From positions 5,107,950-5,171,949 of the forward strand of contig NC_134026.1 in the NCBI RefSeq assembly GCF_964204645.1: a DNA stretch of 64,000 nucleotides, given 5' to 3'. The translations under genes and the position numbers were made by a program. Of the stretch, positions 12,437 through 58,903 are shown piece after piece. The notes below the pieces were generated by a model that saw only the letters and a list, made by a program, of their open reading frames with translations, was not told where the DNA came from and ran no database searches. Source of the DNA: Tubulanus polymorphus. Lineage: Eukaryota > Animalia > Nemertea. How positions within the stretch are numbered: position 1 is the first letter of the stretch; each line of letters starts with the position of its first letter.

Positions 12437-13840
12437 GTACACGCAGTGTGTTTGAATTAAGATCATATTCTCGATGCTTGCCTGGAGGCCATTTTCATTT
12501 TCAACGTAAAATCTTTATAGATTGTTCATTCGATCAAAGAGATATGTATTATTTTTGTTTAGACTTGATGGTTTCATTTGTTATTTTCACCGGCGAACCC
12601 ACAAACTCCGTGCATACACGCAAAACAATTTATGTAACCGTGGGCAACAACTTAGTAACTTCCAATATTCATGCGATGTCGGGAATGATTACATGTTATA
12701 CGGTCTGCCGTTGTGTGCATTGTTGAAATACGATAAGATTCTCCCGGGGAGTTCTTTTTTTGGAACGAACAGACCGTATGCTGCAACGTTTTTCATTAAT
12801 TGCTCTTTTATAGAATCGTAGCGCGCCGCTGCAGCGGCTAGATACCTCCATAAAACACCTTCGCAAAACGCGATAAACGATCGAAGAAGATTCGCGAATG
12901 TCGTCGTCGTCGCCGTCGTGAAAATTATACACGTTCCTTTCTTCGTCCGTTGATGGTTTCGATAATTTATGACAACGCTCCGATCGGCACAGATGTTACG
13001 AGCGATTCGTCGGATATCTTTGACTTCGATAAATACATGCCCTGTAGAAAAGAGAAAGCTTGTAACAGATATCATCGTCGAGCAATCTGTTTTCTAGTTA
13101 CTTATGTATGCGATGGCGACGTTCGGTCGGAATTAATTTCAGATCTCACGCGGATGAACGAATGCTCGGCTTATATTTGAATGCGAGATATTGAAACGTT
13201 TTTGAAAAAAATTGTCATCGGTAGTACGCTGAGCTAAAGTTTCGATCTGAGACACGTTTTTTGCTTTCCGAGACTGATAATCAGCCATTATTTTTTTAGC
13301 TTTGCAGATCACTAGTTAAGCGCGTTGCTCGCTAGGAGATTTCTTGACGCTTTGTTTATGAGTTTCATCACTAGCGTAAATTTGCTGCGATACTGCCTTA
13401 CAGTAGCAACAAGCCGGTGACAAGATCGCTCAGTATCTACCATGCTAGATATTTGGGGACAAGTTTTGCTGCAAATCACTGTTTAACGCTATCAGACGCG
13501 TAGTTTCGCGGCTAGTAGCGACGAATCCCATAACAAACAGCCAATCAGTGCCAAGATAGATTTCATGTGCGATTCACAATATGGTGGCGCCCCTGAAATG
13601 AGTCAATGTCAATAACTAGTAGTGCCATCTAGAGGCCTGCGAGTCGGCCGCAAAAATCATCTAGTAATGGAATCCGGGGGCAACCAGACAGCTATTGTCG
13701 GCAATTTAGACAAAAATTGCTGAGGATAAAAATCATACAGTTGGTTTTGAAATGAGTTCATATGTATAAAACCCAAATGACGTTGTTATCTTATACCGTG
13801 GATTTCGTTTTAGGGTTCATGCTACGTACAATGATTTTAA

Positions 13841-14104
13841 CCCTTTCAGCGCTGACTTATTAATACCCTATACTGCTGGAGATAATTTCAACATTTTGAA
13901 TAATTCCACCCTAGTGTGTTGAACAACTGTAATACACCGCAGCGCGGTGTATCGTAAGTTACTAGTATTTCACTATGTTTGACAGGTGCTGCCATCTTTC
14001 AAGAGAGATAATTACTAATTATATCAATACACCGCAGTGCGGTGTACTAGCAAAATCCATCACCGATTTATACCCCGCACTGCGGTGTAGACGCACTGAA
14101 AGAG
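13841..14104 (+). mobile_element. piggyBac-like non-autonomous MITE (family A)
   Basis: TTAA|CCCTTTCAGCGC ... GCACTGAAAGAG|TTAA; TTAA target duplication; internal palindromes TACACCGCAGTGCGGTGTA; related copies at 14874, 20356, 26116 and 38215. Confidence 0.85.
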
Positions 14105-14873
14105 TTAACGCCTCACGACAATTCAAGCCCGGTACTTATATATAGAAGGTATTTTCCTTTTTGTGCTGTCAGTGTCGTATATCCGCTGCACTGAACTCCT
14201 GACCTGAATTCTCATCGGTTTTACGATGCTATTTGGCACGAATGGTTTTGTTCTCTCGTAAAATCAAACTTCAGTATATGTGGGGGGGTCATAATGTTGG
14301 GGCGCTCATTTGCGACTTTATTGGCGGCTATTAATGTTACTAATTGTTGACCGTTCTCTCAGTATTTTCAAATATGAATTTACCGATGGCGCAGCGTTTA
14401 TGAAAGTCGTTTTCGGGGACCGCACGCGTCGTGTCTAGACGTCGACGAGGTTGACGTTATACGCTGTGCGGCGGCGGCGAGGACAGCGAGAGATAATAAA
14501 TCATTTCAGAATTATTTGTGCCACCAGTCGGAGAAAATAAGACGTCACTGGTAATAAATTCGGAGCCGTTATTATCCGTCGACGTCCGTCCACGTCGCGT
14601 GAAATGCACGAATAAAGGATGGATCGAAATTTATGTTACATATATAAAGCAATTTCACCTGCCATTAACTATTATATGCACCTATAAAATGTCTGTACGT
14701 TATTATTATTATTATTGCTGCTGTTGCGGTATTTAATTGCTGCTCTTTATTGCTCTCTGATCACTGTCATCGTGAGTACCTCGATTAAACGATGGAACTT
14801 TGACTGAAAATCTCGATTCGAGGGAGAAAGATGAAACTGATATATGAATTTTAGTCCAATCAAAACTGCTTAA

Positions 14874-15166
14874 CCCTTTCAGTGTGTCTACACCGCGGTG
14901 CCGTGTATTAATCAGTGATGGATTTTTGCTAGTACACCGCACTGCGGTGTATTGATGTAGTTAGTAATTAGTAATTATCTCTCTTGAAAGATGGCAGTAC
15001 ATGTCAAACATAGTGAAATGTCAGTAACTAACGATACACCGCGCTGCGGTGTAGACACACTAGTGGTATTCCCGTTGTTCAACATACTAGGGTGGAATTA
15101 TTCGAAATTTTCAAATTATCTCCAGCACGATAGGGTATTAATTAGGCCTAGTCAGCACTGAAAGGG
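14874..15166 (-). mobile_element. Family A MITE, inverted relative to 13841-14104
   Basis: TTAA|CCCTTTCAGTG ... CACTGAAAGGG|TTAA; internal sequence is the reverse complement of the 13841 copy. Confidence 0.85.
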
Positions 15167-15794
15167 TTAATTGATTATCATGTCATTGACAGGCCTGTAG
15201 TATGAGCATTATGCGGTCAGGTTCGTTTTTCATTTGGTTGGAACTCTCTAAGTGTTTGAGAATTTGATGCTCGAATACGAGCGATTTCTGTTGATATTTA
15301 GGTTAAAGCAAAATGAACAATTTTGATCTACATGTCTAATGTTGTAATAGTTTCTGGAATATTTTTTTTTGAACTGTGAAAAAGTGAGTGGAACTAAAAT
15401 CTATGCGTCGGAACAAATCTAACCGAAAGACAGCAGGTCTAAGAGTTCTGGAATGAAGAAAGGTTTGAACACGATTTCATGATAAGAAACTGATTGTCGT
15501 TTCAGATGAAGACGACGATGAGGATGATGTACCCGATGCGACGACGATCGTGAAGCAGTTATTACGATGTATTAGTCGTGATGTATTTCGAATCTAGCCG
15601 CTAGTCACTTGCATGAGGTTTTACTAGTCGTAAACACACGCACTACACGGCACACACTAAAGAGCAGCTTGTGTATGAGCATTGAACAGTTCCGCTGAAC
15701 TGCGATATTACAGCGTACCCTGTGTGCGAACGAGGCAGACTTAGATTTTTTCGGTCGTCTGACTTTCGAGGACATTAATACGACTAGAACCGCA

Positions 15795-50111
<34,317 letters not shown>

Positions 50112-50940
50112 AATTTAAATGCTTCCTCGAATCGGCAATACAAACTATTCCAATATGCTATACCAACTATAGAAAAAACCTGGCTTAATCGGAACGGAGA
50201 GAAATTCAATAATTCGCAATCGATCTCTTAAAATGAACTGTACATTTCATTCTTTTGAGTTCATGATAGTGAACGTTGCGTCACTGAGATAAGGTTGCCA
50301 AAATCATAGCCAAATATGTATTATTCAGTATTACACAGATATGGTAGATGATTTAAAAGCTTTATAATGACATCATAGACAGTAGAGTCAGTGGAACACA
50401 TGACTGAATCATCCTGACTACCGGTAGGTAAAAATAGAAATAGGTGTACAGTTTTAGGCAGAAAAAATGCAATGTCTTAGGTATTCAAAGAAAGATATCG
50501 AATTCATTGGATATTTGGCTAAGAGCCAAAGGAAGAGTTAAAGATTCTTATAGATGAGATCTGCAATTTCTTTAGATCTTTGAAGGGATTTTTTTTTGTC
50601 ATTTTTAAGCCATTACATTTTATACTACAAAACACACATTTATTAGTTAACCCGAATATTTATATAGCAAATGATATATTCAAGGAGCATTTCATTTGTT
50701 TGTTTAATTTTTCATTTTATACCCATGAAAATATACTTTGAAAGTCCATCTGATTTGAATTGTGCAATCTTAGTTTTATCAACCATTGATAGATCTTTAA
50801 GTATCTTTATTTGAAGTTTAAATGAGGTACATTTGTTATCTTAAATTTTACACTGAAAATGTTTACACATCACACACTTAATGTTTTGCAGTGTGCCAAA
50901 GGGTCACCGCAAATTCTTTCCGCTGCAATTTTATAGTTTA

Positions 50941-51533
50941 TTTTTAGCCCACATGGGACATTCGTCCGAGCGGGCTATTGCATTCAATTTCATCCCGCTG
51001 TTCATCCATAGATGGAATCCAGTTATTTGGGAAGTTTTGAAGATATTTCTATCGATATTAGACACATCTGCAACCCAATATTAGCCCGGTCAGAATCAGG
51101 ATGACTGACTGACCACCATTGTTGTTTACCGAAATCAGCACTTTTAACACATTCTTTAAGTTTTCAAGGGAAATTTTACAGACTCTTCACTAAATTATCT
51201 TGATGTTTCACATGTGTATATGTATCCCCCAGAGCTCATTATCTTAAGAAAAATTGAGTTGATTGGAGACAAATGGCCGTCCTGATTTTGTGTCCAAAAA
51301 GGTCATTTTTGGCCTGTAATTCAAAACCTGTTGTAGCTTACTAATGATTTGCTATTTTTCATTGAAATTTGTGATGTATATACTTTGGGAAGGGATCTTT
51401 AACATATCAGATTGACTTTTTGATCAATTTTCTCAAATCGGCGGCCATCTTAGTCTCATCATTCCTCATTTGTAGATGTCAGATTGTCAAGCATTTCACC
51501 AAGTAGGCATGGTGTCCCTTGACCCATTAGTTT
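50941..51533 (+). mobile_element. Putative non-autonomous Helentron/Helitron-like element in the rabphilin 3' UTR
   Basis: Starts TTTTTAGCCCACATGGGAC...GAGCGGGCTATTG (short stem) and ends GTAGGCATGGTGTCCCTTGACCCATTAGTTT, resembling the TTTTTAGCTCAC...CTTGTTT layout of molluscan Helentron-type repeats as remembered. Single copy here. Confidence 0.4.
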
Positions 51534-51590
51534 GTTCGATTCAGTCGATATTTTCATCAAACAATGAAAAAGTGGTTGTTAAGAATGTAG

Positions 51591-51662
51591 GTTTCAGTAG
51601 CTCAGTGGTAGAGCAGCAGATCAACGACTCTGTGGTCCCCGGTTCGAATCCTGGCTGCAATC
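51591..51662 (+). pseudogene. tRNA pseudogene or tRNA-derived SINE head
   Basis: A-box TAGCTCAGTGGTAGAGC and B-box GGTTCGAATCC. Folds as a cloverleaf (GTTTCAG/CTGCAAT, GCTC/GAGC, GCAGA/TCTGT, CCCGG/CCTGG), but the acceptor and T stems each have a mismatch and the anticodon loop is 8 nt. Confidence 0.65.
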
Positions 51663-54192
51663 TACAAATCATAGCAATTACATTTAGATGTTAGAAAGTT
51701 TGCTTTTATTAAGTTTTTTGTTGAATTTTTCAGTTTTACATCAAATGTGCACCATTTTGGTTATTGGGAGAGTAGTGAAGTAGTTTTACATTGTTATTAT
51801 TCTTAGCAAAAATTCAAATCTTTTTTGTATTAGTTGCATTATTTTAAGTCATTTAGATCTTCGTCGTTGCCATTTGGTTTAATTATTTTTTAAACAAAGA
51901 TCAAGATTTTATTCTAGAAATTTTGTTCTAACTCCTGGTCTCAGTTGATATTTTCAATATACATAAGCGATTTTGAATTTATTTTAGACATTTTCATCAC
52001 ATAGATTATTTCTAATTTGCTGAAAATCAAATAATGACTGAGAAAATCTGATCTCTCTTGCTGCTCTCAACATTTTAAAGATGAATATGATATTTTATAA
52101 AGGCTATGTTTGTTTGGGATGTGTATCTACATATATTTGCCTATATAGTGTATATGCCAGTACACTATGATATCATGAAGAATCCTCTAAAAAATGAAAC
52201 TTTTAGAAAGGTCACAAAATCATTTTGTATTTTATACCAATATGTTTTTTGATTGCATAGAAAATGGGAGTCATATATGCTTTTGAATGTTATATTCAGA
52301 ACAGAATGTTCGTATCCACCCAAACTTCCGCTGGGTGCTCAATAATGTGGTGCTGCTTATTGTTAGACCTTAAAGGGTATAAAAAAGAATAGATCTATCA
52401 CAATTTCCTTGATAAGCATCAAGAAGCAGTCCACAGATCTGGGTAGAGATTTGACTCTGGATTTACCATTTTAAACAATTCAAATCAACTTATTTTAACT
52501 CAGAGTCAAACTTTTAAACCCACAACTGTGGAACTGGGAACAGAAATACATTTATATGATGATGTATTTTTCATGAATGTGTATATAGGATAGGTTCTCA
52601 ATTGGTCGGTGAACTCGGGACAGTCTTGTTTACATTTTCTGTACATTCCTGAATAATTTGAGGACCAAAAGATTTACACCACCATGTGACTTACTTAGAT
52701 ATTTGGATTTATCAAATAAGAATATAGATTAAGTTATCGGATAATCCAGACTTGGCTTCATCGCAGAATCTCATGACCCTACAGTACCATCTTTTGGTCT
52801 AATGAAGACTTGAAGATCTGAATTGATAAGAAATACGTTCTCACTTATATCAATTAGCTTTGTGAAAGTGGATCTTCAAATTAAGGTTACTTTGCCAATG
52901 CACTCAAGTGTTAACTATTGGTGCATTGCAAAATTGAGTTGTCAATATTTCGTGACATTTTACATTTTATAAGCAAAGTACCAATACCAGCATATTATGT
53001 ATGTATTGTTATGTGAAAATTGTATATCCATTTGTGGTGCCTGCATAAATATTCTTTCCTATGAATAGAAAACAATATTACAATAAACACTGCCTTCCCG
53101 CTTATATATGTATGTATATTTAATATTATGTAATAAGATGAAAGATCTATTTTTATTCTGGTGTTCATGTTGACTATGCATATTAGATGCTGAATAACCG
53201 TGTAATACGTATGTTTTTCACACAGTGATTGGTTGCCTTAAAAACGACCGGATGTCCCTATCCGGTTTGCATGGCAAAGCGAAAGCCATGAAAATTCTGT
53301 GATGCGAGAATTTTCGAAGCTACAGTTGACTGTGTTTATTCTATGAGCGAAATTGCTTGTAGATTTATTATGAATACATCTGTTCATGTACAGTGTGAAG
53401 ATTTTATTGAGAAATGTTAATAATTGAACAGACTCCCTGCCAGTGGATACTTCTGTGGCCGTTTGTTTTGAAAACGAAATATTATAATATAGAATTAAAT
53501 AAATAAAGTTGTGTTTATCCAGTAAAGTTTAAATGTAATGTTTTGGTTTTAATTTTTATATCGAGGTAGTGTTCATAATTATGACTAATTTAACTCCACT
53601 CCAGTATGTATAAAGAAATCCTCGAAAAAAATGGGTGAACAAGGATTTGTCAGTTGCCCTGATTAATTAACCCCTTGATTCCTTTTCAACTTCCTGGCAC
53701 CTACAGGAATTAGCACCAATGCAGCATCCCACCGTTGCAACACGGGCAGAAGGAAAATCATCACACTTTATCCAAAAGCTTTTCTACAGAAAATTCCGAC
53801 AAACGAAAATTTTTCAAAATACAAAACATTTTTAGTGTAAAAAATTAAATTACATGAAACACATTATATAATACAACATATAAAAACATGAAGAATGCAC
53901 ATTCTACATTTGAGTTCGACGTTATTGGTGAAGCATTCTCGCACAAATCATCACATGCCACTATCACAAACCCTCCCATCCGCAATGTTTCCCCTAAATG
54001 CTTAAAAAATCAACAGAATACCAACAGTCAAGCTTGTGCATGTGTCCGGCCATTCAGAAACCAGAATCTTAGTTTCCATTCTCTGTACTCGTAGCACCAC
54101 AAGTAGCACAATTCTCCTGGTTCCACAATTCTGAGTTAAAAAATCGACGAAATAAACGCCATCGTAACTCAAAATTGTTGAACTGCTTGATT

Positions 54193-55541
54193 TCAGTAAT
54201 ATGGCACCCAGTTACTGCCATCAGCTGGCAAAAGTCCACCAGTAACCAACAGTATCACATCGACTATCCACCAAATACCAACTCCTCCTAGAGTCAATAA
54301 CTTTCCAACAGCAGTGCCTGAAATTGGACAAAATATATAAAACTAAGCTTAGCTCAGCTATGCTCAGAGACTGGTTTTTTTCTTATTCACACAAATACAA
54401 TCAGTTCAAGTTTTACCTGTGTGTCCTAAGCAAAACCTGTCCATTCCAAGAAATCCCAGTAACACTGAGTAGATGAGTGTTGTGACGAAATAATGACCAC
54501 TGTACCTGTATTACGATAAGAAAACATTCTTGAAAACATGTAGCCTGCAATGGATTTTACAATTCCGACTAATGCTTACTTGATGCAAGGAAATCCATCC
54601 CTGAAAAAGGTTCGGTTTCCATAACATTCAATTCCGGGTAAAGCAGTACATTCTACTGAGGTTCTCTGCACGTCTTCCCATCTTTCACCACCCCACTACA
54701 AAAAAAAGATGCTTGTTTATGAGCTTAAATCTCTGAAAGGGTTTTTGTCGATCTGAATTCAAGACAATGTACAGGTGTAGGGAACAATTGGTAGAAACAA
54801 ATGTTAGTACCGGTCCATTGTTCCTAAACAACTGTTCCCCTACAGTTGAAGAGTAACCTGTACCTGTCTGGTATTCAGACTACTGTTCTAAATTCTAAGT
54901 TTACTGAATAAGAATCGACTTCATACTTTTGTACATCCATGACCAAGTTCTTCTTTGGCTGTTTGATTTCCAGACATATCAACAGGAGGCTCGCAACGTA
55001 TAAATTCTTTCGGCCTGAAAAGTAAAATACTAATTCAGAACTGGCCATAGAACTGGCTACATAGGCAAAAAACTCAAATACCATTTTTGTTTTTTGTTGG
55101 CTATTTCACATTTTTCAACAATTAGAACTAACAAAAGGTAGGCTTAAAAGTGAATTCAGGCCCTGGGCTGAGTGTTTCAAGGATTCAAGAGAAAGTTTAA
55201 CTCTTAAATCAATTCAATCACCTCATAAATTCAGCGGCTAAAGGGCTACTGAGCCCAATGAAATCCCTGTATTACTGCTAGTCTATCTTTAATTGATTTA
55301 GGAGTTAATAATTTTGAGAAACTGAGCCCTGGCAAGTGAGTGACCAGAACCCGGAAGTAAATTACACTTACAGAAATTTACACAGAACTAGCGCCGATTT
55401 AGGATCGTAAACGATCCCTGTCGACTCGTCAAAACATTCTTGCGACGAATCGCAATAGGAAGCGTCATCCAAGGAGGAAATCAGTCGAAGAATATTCAAA
55501 ACAAGGGCGAAATTTAGCATTAATCCCGAGATTTGTTCCAT
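54193..55541 (-). CDS. TM2D2: TM2 domain-containing protein 2 (missed by the ORF track)
   Basis: Exons 55541-55372, 55014-54927, 54695-54580, 54505-54417, 54317-54193 give [18 protein letters not shown]...[151 protein letters not shown], colinear with human TM2D2 including the DRF motif. Alternative ATG at 55520. Confidence 0.95.
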
Positions 55542-55591
55542 ATTCTATTTCCGGGTTTGCAGCGCCATCTGTGTATTGCCAAATCACCACT
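55542..55591. promoter_or_regulatory. Minimal bidirectional promoter between TM2D2 and STX18
   Basis: Only 50 nt between the divergent ATGs; contains TTCCGG (ETS) and GCGCCATCT (YY1/CTCF-like). Confidence 0.65.
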
Positions 55592-58424
55592 ATGGCAGAT
55601 ATAACGAACTTGTTTAAAGCCACTGTAAAGGCTGTCCGATCACGTCAGAAAGCTCAAAACAAACAGAAAGATGCGGAGAAAAACCACCAACAACATCATA
55701 TATTTCCGACAAGTAGACAAAAATCTGAATTCTCTCAGAAAGCCAAAGATCTGGTGAGTTTAACTCAAATAACAATCAACTTTATTCAAACATTTTGTGT
55801 AGCAGTTTCATAGGGAGTGGATATCTTGCCATTTTGGCATCACTCTAGTGAACACTATATTGCCAAAACTGAAAAATCTGATTTATTCAATTAGGGTTAG
55901 AAAATGGGTCCCTATAGTAAAACCGATTACCCACCTGTATATTTCAGGTTGGAAATATCAGCAAACTACGAGATTTTTTGATGGAACATCGAAAAAATTA
56001 TGTTAATGCTGGAAAGTAAGTTCAAGTAGTTACATACCTATTGGTGTTTCTGAATACCAGATAATCTTGCCAGTTGAACTACAGTTTAGATAAGCTTACT
56101 AGATTAACCTTCTATGGTGTTGAAACTATTAGTGCATGATCCATAAATACTGTATCCCTTGGTTCAACTGTGACAGATACAGTCAATTATTTTCCTTTAA
56201 GTCATTTGACAAATGAATCGAACCATATGACCGATGATGAACGGGATCGCATTGACTTGGATGCTCAAACCTTCATACAAACATGCCAGGAGACGATTCG
56301 AATCTTGCGAATGGAAGGTAAAGAGTTCAAGGGTTCAAGTTGTGGAGCTTCTTAATTTTTACTTCGATGCAATTTCTCTAATTCTGTATTTTCAGCATTT
56401 AACAACAAAATCTCGTCACAAATGAAAGAACACAGAGAAGCCATGTTTGATCTTATTCAAACATATTTGAAAGGTAAGAGATTGTTTCATAGTCAATATT
56501 GTACAGTTGTTTTGATGAGAAAATTCTGTGTCACGTATGAAAGAATTTTTCATCCAGATGAACTGTAGCATTCACTAAAATCTACTGCATTTCTTTTTTT
56601 CAGGCATCTGTAAAATATACAGCGAACAGAGAGCGATACGTGTGAAGCGCGCTGTTGATAAGAAGAGAATGTAAGACTGAAGATGCTCCTCCACTGAGGG
56701 GCAGATCCAGGATTTTCAAGGGGGGTTGCTCTGCTAGTCAATCAGACACCAAACTGCGAGTACTGAAAGCTAAAAGCAATGTAGAGGGGAGTTAGGGGGA
56801 CCCCTCAGAGAGTTTTGAAAAATTAAATCTCATTTTCTTGATCTAGTACCCAAAGTTTTTTAAGACCAGCCTTAAGATTTAAGACCACTTTTAGACTTTA
56901 GCCATGACTGTGCAACTAGCCCCTGCAGCTTATAACGTTTGCCTAATCACGTTTTTAAGTTGAAATGATAAACACTTTCAGATCTCGATTGGAGCCAGTT
57001 GAGAAGAAAGTACGTCACAGTCGGTCAGTTGAGCCGTCTGATTCATCTACATCGGTCGATTCAGATACAACGAATTCTAGTCTCAAAAACGTTGATCCGA
57101 TCAAAACTGCATCTCCATCTATAATCACTCCGCCGGTTAAAGAAAGACCTCCAGGTATAGAATCGTGTAATTGTTTTTAGAATTTCCGAATTCAATGATT
57201 GTGGAGGATTCGTGTTGATTTCTCTTTTCAGCGCCTAAGTTTATTCCGACAACATTTGGAGAAGAGGAAGATGAGTTATCACCTGAAGAAATCAATGCGG
57301 TAGGTTTATGATGCCCTTAGTTGAAAGGTAGTTCCAGTAGACTTGGTTTACCTCGAATCTCGAACCTGACAGACCAATAAATTCTTAGCAGTACGTTATT
57401 CAGGGGTTCCATCAGAGCTGGGATGGGTCAGTATGAATTGTGGTAAGAAGATTTATAATCTATTGTCCCAAGTATGTGATAGTCAGAGGCTGGAGGTTAA
57501 TGGAGTCTACTGTAGTAATAGTTCAGAGTCAGGAGGGAAGAATCTGAGGAAATTGTCGCTGACCCTTGGATTGAAATGTAGAACCTTTCCATAAAACTGG
57601 GGCTGTACTGTGTATTTATAAACAGGGTGGTCACTGACCTGGAAAACTCAGAGAAATCAGGGAAAACTCAAAAGGAATTTGATAGATTTAAGCAAAAACC
57701 TGGAAATTCAGATAATGCTGATGACCACGTGTTTCTTTATCAGTACGTGAATCAATGAAAAATTAATGAATTGTTACATTTTAGACGTAGAAACTTCTCT
57801 GATTCACTCAGGGAATTTTGAGTAATCACATGGAAATATTCAGGGGAAACTCAGGAGATTCGTAAATGGCCACCCTGATGAAGTTCTTAAGACAATGTAT
57901 AGATGTGTAATTTAATGATTCATTTATGCATGATTTTCAGTTTGAACAGGAGAATCAGCAAGTTTATCATGAAATGAACAGCATAGTTGATGAAGTCAGG
58001 TATAGTCTTTTAGATATGAATGCATCTTCACTATATTCCTAGATTTTCTTCGTGCCTAAATATCCGTTCTGCTTTTCCAGACAAATCGAAGGAAAAGTAG
58101 TGGAAATATCGCGTTTGCAAGAAATATTCGCGGACAAGGTTTTGGAACAAGAAGGCGATATCAATCGAATTGCTGACACTGCTGTCGGAACTACAGAAAA
58201 CATCAAAGAAGGAAATGAAGAAATCCGTGAGGTATTAACAACCAACCAATATGTGGCTTTAAAGTTGAGAGATTCTGTATCTGCTCGGGCTGGTTTCATA
58301 GATTAGGTTTTTATTTTTCTCGTTTCAGGCTATGAAAAACAACGCCAGCTTCCGAGTTTGGATTTTGTTCTTTCTCGTAGTGCTATCATTCACTTTGTTG
58401 TTTTTGGACTGGTACAATGGTTAA
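55592..58424 (+). CDS. STX18: Syntaxin-18 (ER Qa-SNARE)
   Basis: Exons 55592-55753, 55948-56015, 56202-56317, 56396-56473, 56604-56670, 56982-57154, 57232-57299, 57941-57999, 58081-58231, 58329-58424. [113 protein letters not shown] (tail anchor). Confidence 0.96.
57623..57877. mobile_element. Family D MITE in an STX18 intron
   Basis: CAGGGTGGTCA ... TGGCCACCCTG TIRs; flanks ATAAA / ATGAA. Confidence 0.8.
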
Positions 58425-58903
58425 TCATCGACTCATCCTCTAAATGATTTAAAGACTTTAGTGTGATAGTAATTGTGCTGGAAATGACTGAGGAAATAAT
58501 TAATTCTCTGAGAATTGTTCGCTTATTGATATTGATAATGTTTGTGTTAAATGAATAATATATTTATGCTTGAATCCATTGTTATACCTGTGCCGTCTTT
58601 CGTTGTTATTGGTGTTACAACTTCAGTATTTCTCCTCCTCTGATTCTATGCATCTGACTGTCAGGACATCGGTATCTATAAAATCAGTACTCAACTTGGA
58701 GACAGTGCATTATTATTATAATTCTGACTTAGCATTTATCCGCCAAAAGAAACCCAGATTCGAACCAAAACTTTATGATTGCTCGAAAATTCAATGGACT
58801 ATATACTCGGAGATCTCTAACAAATCAATTTATTTTAAAAAAACTGAGGATTTTGCTTGTATAAATAGTTGACATTTTACGAATAAGAAACCAAACTCCA
58901 ATA

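Noticed and set aside
12448-13180. Cluster of overlapping 76-128 aa ORFs
   Set aside because: No recognisable domain, mostly non-ATG starts, no consistent splice structure; a CpG-rich intronic stretch.
51591-51662. Functional tRNA gene
   Set aside because: 8-nt anticodon loop lacking the conserved U33, plus stem mismatches; kept as a pseudogene.
54215-54228. CTCF-like motif CTGCCATCAGCTGG
   Set aside because: Falls in conserved TM2D2 coding sequence (PADGS), so explained by codons.
58570-58872. 100-aa + strand ORF with a signal-peptide-like start
   Set aside because: TTG start, lies between the convergent 3' ends of STX18 and the cytokine-like gene, no further coding evidence.
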